Shown: positions 9,097-16,831 of the stretch, one piece after another
Layout of the letters: every line of letters begins with the position of its first letter
Numbering within the stretch: the first letter of the stretch is position 1
From: Sulfurimonadaceae bacterium
GTDB lineage: Bacteria; Campylobacterota; Campylobacteria; Campylobacterales; Sulfurimonadaceae
DNA length: 35,843 nt
Direction: 5' to 3'
Assembly: GCA_041562555.1 (NCBI GenBank)
Contig: JBFEXS010000008.1
Span: 1 to 35,843 of the forward strand
Program-made: the position numbers and the translations under genes
The notes under the pieces: model-generated
What the model saw: the letters and a program-made list of their open reading frames with translations, nothing else
The model's database searches: none
What the model was told of the DNA's origin: nothing

Positions 9097-10277
9097 AGAT
9101 CTTGGTGGTCAATGCAGGGAGTTCCTCCTTGAAATTTCAACTCTTTAAGATGCAGGATGAATCGAGTGTCTGTACGGGACTGATCGAGAGTATCGGAGAG
9201 GAAACCTCGGTAATCCATTTTCATTTTGAAGAGAATGAACACACTAAAGACCTGCCTGTCAAAGACCATTTTGAAGCATTCAATATATGTTTTGACCTGT
9301 TGTTTGAGTTTGGAATCATTGTGGAGATAGAGGAACTTTCTGCTGTCGGCCATCGTGTCGTTCATGGGGGAGATGTTTTTTCCCATGCACGGGAGATCAA
9401 TCACGAAGTGATTGAAAGACTCAAAGAGTTCATTCCACTGGCACCTTTACATAATCCGGCTAATATCGCCGGAATACTGGCAGTTGAGCAGCACTCAGCC
9501 AATATCAGACAGGTGGCGGTCTTTGATACTGCCTTTCATCACAGCATGCCCGAGAAGGCCTATCGATATGCAGTAAAACCTGAGCTTTTTTTTGAGGATA
9601 AAATTCGCCGATACGGGTTCCATGGAAGTTCCCATCAATATGTGTGCCATAAAGCGGCTGCTTTATTGGATAAAGCTCCGGAGAATACGAACATCATCTC
9701 TTTACATCTTGGCAACGGTGCAAGTGCCTGCGCTGTTCAAGAGGGAAAAAGTATTGACACCTCAATGGGCATGACACCTCTGGAAGGGCTTGTGATGGGT
9801 TCACGCAGTGGTGATATCGATGCAGGAGTGCTTTCGTATCTACATGAACATAAGCATTACAGTATGCAAGAGATTCAACATCTTCTCAATCATGAAAGCG
9901 GGTTAGTGGGTATCTGTGCTGAACATGATATGCGAGTGATCTTACAAAAAGCACAAGCGGGGAACAAGTATCAATTGGCGATTGATCTTTTTGTATACAG
10001 AATAAAAAAATATATTGGTGCTTATATGGCAGTCCTCGGTCAGGTCGATGCGATTGTATTTACGGGTGGCATCGGTGAAAATGCACCGCTTATCCGTGAG
10101 ATGGTGTGTGATGGTTTGTCTCTTTTTGGGATTGAGATAGACAGAGAAAAGAACAAAAACACAAAGAAGTGTTTCGCTTTTGAATCAGAGGGTGCTTCGG
10201 TAAAGCTCTTTGTCATCGCTACAAATGAAGAGCTGGAAATAGCTAAACAGACAAAAAAAGTGTTGTTTGGTGAATAA
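9093..10277 (+). CDS. ackA: Acetate kinase
   Basis: NAGSSSLK, GHRVVHGG, APLHNP, VFDTAFH, RYGFHG, HLGNGAS, FTGGIGEN, TNEE; ATGA overlap with pta. Confidence 0.98.
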   Translation: MKILVVNAGSSSLKFQLFKMQDESSVCTGLIESIGEETSVIHFHFEENEHTKDLPVKDHFEAFNICFDLLFEFGIIVEIEELSAVGHRVVHGGDVFSHAREINHEVIERLKEFIPLAPLHNPANIAGILAVEQHSANIRQVAVFDTAFHHSMPEKAYRYAVKPELFFEDKIRRYGFHGSSHQYVCHKAAALLDKAPENTNIISLHLGNGASACAVQEGKSIDTSMGMTPLEGLVMGSRSGDIDAGVLSYLHEHKHYSMQEIQHLLNHESGLVGICAEHDMRVILQKAQAGNKYQLAIDLFVYRIKKYIGAYMAVLGQVDAIVFTGGIGENAPLIREMVCDGLSLFGIEIDREKNKNTKKCFAFESEGASVKLFVIATNEELEIAKQTKKVLFGE

Positions 10278-10336
10278 AACAGGAAAAAGTATAGGATTAA
10301 ATAATATTTCAAATGAGTTTTAGATATGCTCATAGC

Positions 10337-10786
10337 ATGGAAAAAAAGTGTTTCTGTCAGAGCGGCCTTTTATATATGGAGTGCTGCGGAAAGTATTTAG
10401 AGAACAAACAGGAAGCTGAAGACGCTTTGGCATTAATGCGTTCACGCTACAGTGCATACGTGCTTAAAGATGGTCAATACCTGTATGATACGTGTTCACG
10501 TCGACTTCAAGACAGAGAAGATATCCAAGCAGTCAATGAGCAGCAGATCGAATGGATTGGTTTGACGATTGAATCGTCCAGCGAAGATGAGGTCACCTTC
10601 AGGGCCTATTACAGCGAAAACGGAGAGATGTCAGTGATGAGGGAACACTCCTATTTTATTGTAGAAGACGGAAGGCTTCGGTATGATAGGGGAGAGATGC
10701 TAAAAGCAGAGATCTCTCGTAATGAGGCATGTCCTTGCGGATCGGGAAAGAAGTTTAAACGATGTTGTGCTAAAGGCAGTGAGTGA
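10337..10786 (+). CDS. ychJ: YchJ family protein with N- and C-terminal SEC-C-type metal-binding motifs
   Basis: CFCQSG..Y.ECC, ALMRSRYSAY, EHSYF, RNEACPCGSGKKFKRCC; start at ATG 10337 is preferred over 10313. Confidence 0.85.
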   Translation: MEKKCFCQSGLLYMECCGKYLENKQEAEDALALMRSRYSAYVLKDGQYLYDTCSRRLQDREDIQAVNEQQIEWIGLTIESSSEDEVTFRAYYSENGEMSVMREHSYFIVEDGRLRYDRGEMLKAEISRNEACPCGSGKKFKRCCAKGSE

Positions 10787-12900
10787 AGATAAGTAGACAG
10801 TTCGATATCAAGCATGGGGTACATACCGTCAAATTACTTGATGATGGAAAGCTGGCTGTCCTTGATATAGAAAATGATTTTCGGATCTTTGATCTGGATG
10901 AGTACAAACTTCTTGACGGTTTCAAGAGTAAACTGGCAACGAATATCTTGTATATCAACAACATGGCGATATCGAGTGACGGGAGGTATCTGTGCCTTTA
11001 TAACAGAGAGACCAAAGTGGTGTCGCTTTTTGATCAGGTCAAACGCCAGTTTTCCCATGAGGTCTCTTCGCATCCCGGTGGAGTGGAAACAGTAGAGTTT
11101 TCTCGGGATAATAAGTATTTTATTACGGGTGGTATGGAAGGCCGACTCTATATGTGGTCGGTGGCTACGGGAAAAAAAGTCGATACCTTGTCACATCATT
11201 ATGACTCTGTCTCTGCTATTGCAAGTAACGAGAACGGACGTTGGATCGCTACTGCGGGCTATGACAAGGTTATCAAAGTTTTCAATCGTTCTTTTCGAAA
11301 AAATCATTATAAGCTGATTTCCCACCAAGAACCGGTAACGACTGTTAGTTTCTTATCAAAGCAGCGGCTTCTTTCTACGGATAAAGAGGGTACGATATTG
11401 ATTTGGGACGTTGTCAAGTCATCGGTCATCGGCAGATTGCCAAAATTTGGGTCACATATTACGGCGGTCTGTTTCGATAAAGAAGAACACTATCTCTTTG
11501 TCGCCGGTCTTGGTGGAATGGTCGGATTGTATGATCTGCAAGAAAACACACTGCTGAAGATCGATTTCTTGAAACAGCTTGCAGGTATCACACAGATGGC
11601 ATATTGTGACGAGCGGCAATTGCTTATCTTTGGTCTGAGTAATGGACAGATACCAATTTATGAACTGAAGCGTCAGGAAGAGATGTTCACAGAATGTATG
11701 AAGCAAAAAGATTTCAACGGCTGTTATGAGATGGCTGAACTCAATCCAATCTTGATGCGCAGTGAGATATATGCCAGTCTAGAGAACCTGTTTCATACCG
11801 CCTATGAAAAAGCGAAGGTACTGCTTCAAGAGAGTAAGACATCCGAGGCAAAGGATCTGTTACAGCATTTTACAGCCTCTTCTGCCAAGCGTTTAATCAT
11901 CCAAAAGCTTTTTCATGATTTTGCACTGTATCAGACCTTCTCAACGGCAGTTAAAAATAAAAAATACATGATGGCTTATTCATTGGCAGAGGAATATACA
12001 ACCCTCAAAGAGACAGCAGAGTTTGAACAAATGGAGACGGAATGGAGTAAGATACTTCTGGTCATTCGGCGTATCATTAATGACAAGTCCAGCGAGGAAA
12101 AGATAAAACAGCTCTTCAAACCTTTTATGGGGATACCCGGAAAGAATCTTATTATCAAGTCTTTATACAGTAATCGAAATGTGTTTATCCTGTTTCAAAA
12201 GCATGTCAAAGACAGAGACTATTTTAATGCCTTTAAACTGATCACCGGGCATCCTTTTTTGGAAGAGTTGGATGAGTACGAGAAACTGATGCAAGTGGGC
12301 CGGATTATGAAGGACAAGACATTGGAGACCTTTAATGGGGGTATCTATTATGATGCGGTCAAACTTTGTGATACGCTGGCGTATTTTCCCGAACAAAAGG
12401 AATTTGCCGAAGGATTAAGGGCCAAAGCCAATATCTATGCAGAGACGATGCAGTATTTTGCAGAGAAAAAATATGCAGCGGTCTATAACATGATCGAAGA
12501 ACATCCTTATCTTGAAGACGCAAAAATAACTACGGACATTGAGAAAGGTTTTTTGAAATATTATGAAAAAGCAGAGAACTATGCTGCAAACGGGAATGTG
12601 GCTGCAGTCAAACAGGTCATGCAGAAGTTTGAGAAAGTCAAGTCGAAACAGCCTTCTATCTTTCATCTGATTAAAATTGCCTATTGGGCACAGATAGAGC
12701 AGGCAGCTGCTGCCAAGGCAAGTGACCAGGTACTTATCGGAGCCTTTAAAGCATACGAGAAGGTCTTTGGATATGAGAGTATGCTAGAGGACCTTCTAAG
12801 GAGTATCAATCAAACCCGTTCCTTAAAGGTACAGTTTGATGTCAGTTCGACGAAAAACTATAAGGGAAGTGTAGCGGCATTGGCCGACAAGATCACCTGA
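10783..12900 (+). CDS. WD40 beta-propeller protein with C-terminal alpha-helical repeat region
   Basis: WD repeats SHPGGVETVEFSRDNKYFITGGMEGRLYMWSV, HHYDSVSAIASNENGRWIATAGYDKVIKVF, SHQEPVTTVSF...GTILIWDV; GTGA overlap with the ychJ stop. Confidence 0.88.
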   Translation: MKISRQFDIKHGVHTVKLLDDGKLAVLDIENDFRIFDLDEYKLLDGFKSKLATNILYINNMAISSDGRYLCLYNRETKVVSLFDQVKRQFSHEVSSHPGGVETVEFSRDNKYFITGGMEGRLYMWSVATGKKVDTLSHHYDSVSAIASNENGRWIATAGYDKVIKVFNRSFRKNHYKLISHQEPVTTVSFLSKQRLLSTDKEGTILIWDVVKSSVIGRLPKFGSHITAVCFDKEEHYLFVAGLGGMVGLYDLQENTLLKIDFLKQLAGITQMAYCDERQLLIFGLSNGQIPIYELKRQEEMFTECMKQKDFNGCYEMAELNPILMRSEIYASLENLFHTAYEKAKVLLQESKTSEAKDLLQHFTASSAKRLIIQKLFHDFALYQTFSTAVKNKKYMMAYSLAEEYTTLKETAEFEQMETEWSKILLVIRRIINDKSSEEKIKQLFKPFMGIPGKNLIIKSLYSNRNVFILFQKHVKDRDYFNAFKLITGHPFLEELDEYEKLMQVGRIMKDKTLETFNGGIYYDAVKLCDTLAYFPEQKEFAEGLRAKANIYAETMQYFAEKKYAAVYNMIEEHPYLEDAKITTDIEKGFLKYYEKAENYAANGNVAAVKQVMQKFEKVKSKQPSIFHLIKIAYWAQIEQAAAAKASDQVLIGAFKAYEKVFGYESMLEDLLRSINQTRSLKVQFDVSSTKNYKGSVAALADKIT

Positions 12901-12902
12901 GC

Positions 12903-14078
12903 CTATTTACATGTCAGCAGAGGCTGCATACTAAAGTCTTCCCAGTTTTCTTCAAGGGTCTCGTTATAGGCATAAATCATAGAGATAAGCTCTGTTTTAA
13001 GCAGGCGTTTTTTAACCTGTTGGGTTGCTTTTTTGCTAAAATCCTTACAGGTGTTTAGTCGGGTGTTGGCATGAAAGCTTGCAAGCATGTATCCCAGAGC
13101 TGCTGCATAGTTTTTATACGCACGTGTCTGTTCAGATTGGGGTCTGAGCTTTAATTCCGGTGTGATACGGCTGACGTAGAACTTCTGTTTGTTCATTGTC
13201 AGCAACCCGGCATAGGTCTTTTGATTAAAACTTGAGACCGCCTTTGCCTTATCCAAAAGACTTTTGTGAAAATATTTATTTTTCATCTTTGTATTGATCT
13301 GATAACTCACAGGGAGTGTGTTCAAGGAGAGCTTGAAGACCATATCGTCATTAATGGAGTCACTTTTACCTTCACTGAGAAGAAGATAGTCGCCCAAAGA
13401 ATCCAAAGCGACAGCTTTAACCTTTAAGAGGCCGACATCGGCAAGATAGGCATCCATCTTTTGTGTGATCATTGCTGCTGTAGCGGTATCTACTTTGGAA
13501 AGATTATGCGACTCTGTTTTGAAGATACGTTTTCCATGCTGGACCTTGGTGTAGTTGACCAGGACATCACTGGCCTTTACCTCACTTAAGGCCTCGTCAA
13601 TACAGGGACACTGCAACTTGTCGTTTTCTAAACGCTCGAAATATCCATCGATGAAGGTATTTAAAATCGCTTTTTCCTTGGAACCTGAGAAATCGGATTC
13701 TAGTTGCATTTGCAACAACAAGTCCGACAATAAGGTAAACATATCATATCGGTAATCCCCCAAGTGAGTAGATTTCTCATTTTTAAGTGCAAGGCGCATA
13801 TAGGGGTCTTTTGCAGCACTCATCGAAGCGAGATTGAGGTTGCCATGTATCCAGGTGATAAGGCCCTGCGACTTTAGTGAGGCACTCCTCTCATCAAAAA
13901 AACTGTAGGCCGACAGGGGTGTTTTGCGCAGATAGGTAGTGATGTCTGACTGCATCTGGCAAAGGAGTTTGGCTGTTTCACTGCTATTTTGAAGGGGATA
14001 GACTTTCTTAATCTGGCTCGTCTCGTCAAGAGCAAACGTCAGGGAAAGACTCAAGATTAAAATGATAAAGGACTTCAT
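12903..14078 (-). CDS. Secreted DUF2252-like (kinase-fold) protein with degenerate catalytic motifs
   Basis: Signal peptide MKSFIILILSLSLTFA; TWIHGNLNL, GDYRYD, FYVSRITP, LGYMLASFHA resemble DUF2252 motifs; AAGGAG SD; TG-T-TACAGT -10 at about 14111-14103. Confidence 0.6.
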   Translation of the reverse strand: MKSFIILILSLSLTFALDETSQIKKVYPLQNSSETAKLLCQMQSDITTYLRKTPLSAYSFFDERSASLKSQGLITWIHGNLNLASMSAAKDPYMRLALKNEKSTHLGDYRYDMFTLLSDLLLQMQLESDFSGSKEKAILNTFIDGYFERLENDKLQCPCIDEALSEVKASDVLVNYTKVQHGKRIFKTESHNLSKVDTATAAMITQKMDAYLADVGLLKVKAVALDSLGDYLLLSEGKSDSINDDMVFKLSLNTLPVSYQINTKMKNKYFHKSLLDKAKAVSSFNQKTYAGLLTMNKQKFYVSRITPELKLRPQSEQTRAYKNYAAALGYMLASFHANTRLNTCKDFSKKATQQVKKRLLKTELISMIYAYNETLEENWEDFSMQPLLTCK

Positions 14079-14206
14079 GGGGACTCCTTAGTTATTTGTA
14101 AAACTGTAACATAATAATAAACAATAAATAATAATAAACATTAACAAATCATCGTCTGTAAGATTGTTTTAAGCAGTAAGTAAAGCGTACTTAACCTCGA
14201 CTTGGA

Positions 14207-14309
14207 TATAATCGCGATTTAATTCACCCACAGAGTTTCTTACAGAGCATTTGAGAGGCAAAAAGCCACAAATCTTGTCTAAGAAACTATAAACCAAGGA
14301 AATAAACAG
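14207..14309 (+). promoter_or_regulatory. TATAAT promoter and ~90-nt structured 5' leader of the ABC-F gene
   Basis: TATAAT 14207-14212; long imperfect hairpin 14234-14288 (AGTTTCTTA...TAAGAAACT, ATTTG/CAAAT, GGC-AAAAA-GCC); AAGGA SD at 14296-14300. Confidence 0.6.
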
Positions 14310-15911
14310 ATGGTATCAGTAAATAATTTGACTATGCGTTTTGGATCACGCGTCCTATTCGACAATGTAAACCTAAAACTTGATAAAGGGAAGCGTTACG
14401 GCCTTATTGGTGCAAATGGTGCAGGTAAGACGACATTTTTAAAGATCTTGTCCGGCGAGATAAATGAGTACGAAGGGGATATCTCTATCGGGTCAGGACT
14501 TAAAGTAGGTGTCTTGGGACAGAACCAGTTTGCCTTTGAAGATTTTACGATCATGGATGCTGTTCTATACGGAAACCGCCGTTTGTACAACGCGATCAAA
14601 GAGAAAGAAGACCTGTATGTCAATGGTGATTTCGAGTCTGATGAGACGAATAATCGTCTGGCTGAACTTGAGACGATCTGTGTCGAGGAAGACCCGACCT
14701 ATGAGTATGACGTACATATCACAAAGATTCTTGAAAACCTGGGTATCCCGTCAGAATTGCATAATGACCTTATGTCAACGGTAGAATCATCGACAAAGAT
14801 CAAGGTTCTTCTTGCACAGGTTCTTTACCCGAAACCGGATGTTTTATTCCTGGATGAGCCGACGAATAACCTTGACATCGATACGATTGGTTGGTTAGAG
14901 AACGAACTGAAGCGTCATGAAGGTACGTTGGTTGTTATCTCTCACGATAGACACTTTATCAACTCCGTTGTGACACATATCCTGGATGTGGACTTTCAGA
15001 AGATCCGCCAGTTCACCGGAAACTATGATGAGTGGTATATCGCGTCAACCGTGATGATGAAACAGCTTGAGGCAGATCGTGCCAAAGCAGAAAAAGAGAA
15101 AGCAGAACTTGAAGCCTTTGTGCGTCGTTTCTCGGCAAATGCTTCGAAGGCAAAACAGGCGACTTCCCGTCAGAAGCAGCTGGAAAAGATCAATATCGAA
15201 GATATCAAACCATCTTCTCGCCGTGATCCGTCTATCGTCTTCAAGGCAAAACGTCAGATGGGAGATGAAGCTCTTGAGATAAAAGATATCTCTCATGATT
15301 ACGGAGAAGGTGACGGGAAACTGCTTAACGGTATCTCTTTACGCTTTGAACCGGGTGAGAAGGTAGCGGTAATCGGACCAAATGGTATCGGTAAGACAAC
15401 ACTTCTCAAGATCATCATGGAAGAATTAAAACCGACAGAAGGAACAGTCAAATGGGGTGCTACGATAGAGCCTTCATACTTTCCTCAGGATACGGTCGAG
15501 ACGATTTCCGGGGATGGAACTCTATACGACTGGTTGCGCGCTTTTGATCCAAAACGCGAGATTGCAGATATCCGTAACTGTCTTGGACGTATGCTTTTTA
15601 ACGGTGAACAGCAGGAGAAGTCTGTCGTAAATATCTCAGGGGGTGAGAAACACCGTATGATGCTCTCTAAGATGATGCTCGAAGAAGGGAACTTCCTTGT
15701 ACTGGATGAGCCTACCAACCACCTTGACCTTGAAGCGATTATCGCACTGGGTGAAGCCCTGCGTGACTTTAAAGGAAATGTTATCTGTACTTCTCACGAT
15801 AGAGAGTTGCTTGATGCATTTGCAACCCGTATTATCAGACTTGAGGAAGATGGTTCTTTTGTCGATTTCAAAGGGACTTATGAAGAGTTTGCCGAGTCAC
15901 ACGGACACTAA
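14310..15911 (+). CDS. ybiT: ABC-F family ribosome-associated ATPase (YbiT subfamily)
   Basis: Two NBDs (GANGAGKT, LDEPTNNLD; GPNGIGKT, ISGGEK, LDEPTNHLD), linker FVRRFSANASKAKQATSR, no TM segments. Confidence 0.9.
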   Translation: MVSVNNLTMRFGSRVLFDNVNLKLDKGKRYGLIGANGAGKTTFLKILSGEINEYEGDISIGSGLKVGVLGQNQFAFEDFTIMDAVLYGNRRLYNAIKEKEDLYVNGDFESDETNNRLAELETICVEEDPTYEYDVHITKILENLGIPSELHNDLMSTVESSTKIKVLLAQVLYPKPDVLFLDEPTNNLDIDTIGWLENELKRHEGTLVVISHDRHFINSVVTHILDVDFQKIRQFTGNYDEWYIASTVMMKQLEADRAKAEKEKAELEAFVRRFSANASKAKQATSRQKQLEKINIEDIKPSSRRDPSIVFKAKRQMGDEALEIKDISHDYGEGDGKLLNGISLRFEPGEKVAVIGPNGIGKTTLLKIIMEELKPTEGTVKWGATIEPSYFPQDTVETISGDGTLYDWLRAFDPKREIADIRNCLGRMLFNGEQQEKSVVNISGGEKHRMMLSKMMLEEGNFLVLDEPTNHLDLEAIIALGEALRDFKGNVICTSHDRELLDAFATRIIRLEEDGSFVDFKGTYEEFAESHGH

Positions 15912-15913
15912 AT

Positions 15914-16738
15914 ATGGATTTTAAAAATATTATCGGGCTTGGTATTGCTGGGAACTTTGCCCTACATCTTGATCAGGCAGGCGAAGCAGAAGACTTTAAA
16001 GATGTGAAGGTCGATGATGAGAATGCTCCCAAGGGGATCTTTCCATTTTATCTTCCCAACGCAGACAAGGGTATGCTCTCTGAGTATCCTCTCTCTTCTA
16101 CGACACAGGCTCTGCATGGTGTAGAGGACAAGATCCAGATGGAACCTGAAATAGCACTGCTGTGTGACATAGAGTATGAAGGCGAAAAGGTCGTCAACAT
16201 CAGACCGACGCATTTTGGTGCCTATAATGACTGTTCTATCCGTCGCAAAGGGGCTAAAAAGATATCAGAGAAAAAGAATTGGGGAGCAGACACAAAGGGG
16301 ATCAGTGAAAACCTTGTAGCCCTTGATACCTTTGAAGAGGGAGGGATGCTCGACCATTGGCGTATCTCTTCGTTTATCCGCCGCAACGGAGATATTTTCC
16401 GATACGGTGAGGATGTGGAGATTTCGGGATACAGCTATTTCTACAAAGAGTTGCTGGATTGGATCGTCAATAAACTGAATACCCAAGAAGAAGAGGGTCC
16501 TTTGGAAGATATTTCTTCGTATATCAAGGCCTGTGATTATCCGAATCAGATGTTGATCAGTATCGGGGCGACCCGATATACGACGTTTGGGGAAAAGCTC
16601 TTTTTACAGGAGGGAGACGAGGTCTATGTCGTCGTTTATGACAATGACATCCACTGTAAAAACCCTATTCTCTGTAAGGTCGTAGCGGACAAACTGGATG
16701 AAGAGGGGATCTGCTACCTTCATCAAAAGGTTGTGTAA
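15914..16738 (+). CDS. DUF5718 family protein
   Basis: GIAGNFALHLDQAGEA, APKGIFPFY, EPE, NDCSIR, KISEKKNWG, SIGATRYT. Confidence 0.8.
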   Translation: MDFKNIIGLGIAGNFALHLDQAGEAEDFKDVKVDDENAPKGIFPFYLPNADKGMLSEYPLSSTTQALHGVEDKIQMEPEIALLCDIEYEGEKVVNIRPTHFGAYNDCSIRRKGAKKISEKKNWGADTKGISENLVALDTFEEGGMLDHWRISSFIRRNGDIFRYGEDVEISGYSYFYKELLDWIVNKLNTQEEEGPLEDISSYIKACDYPNQMLISIGATRYTTFGEKLFLQEGDEVYVVVYDNDIHCKNPILCKVVADKLDEEGICYLHQKVV

Positions 16739-16745
16739 GCTTTAC

Positions 16746-16786
16746 ATATAAAAAGAACAGTTTTCACTTTTTAGTTCTTTTTGTAT
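16746..16786. terminator. AT-rich inverted repeat after the DUF5718 gene (possible terminator or operator)
   Basis: ATATAAAAAGAAC ... GTTCTTTTTGTAT with a 15-nt loop. Confidence 0.35.
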
Positions 16787-16831
16787 TTATCTTAGTGTAA
16801 AATATAGGACTTTTACATCTAAGGGTCGATT

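Noticed and set aside
8826..9404. 192-aa antisense ORF across pta/ackA, and other nested shadow ORFs in the track (e.g. 841-1230, 4606-5040, 19156-19428, 30397-30825)
   Set aside because: They lie opposite or within well-supported genes and have no recognisable motifs or SD
14770..14830. Degenerate first ABC signature (VESSTK instead of LSGG) in the ABC-F
   Set aside because: A non-canonical first signature is typical of the YbiT subfamily; not evidence of decay
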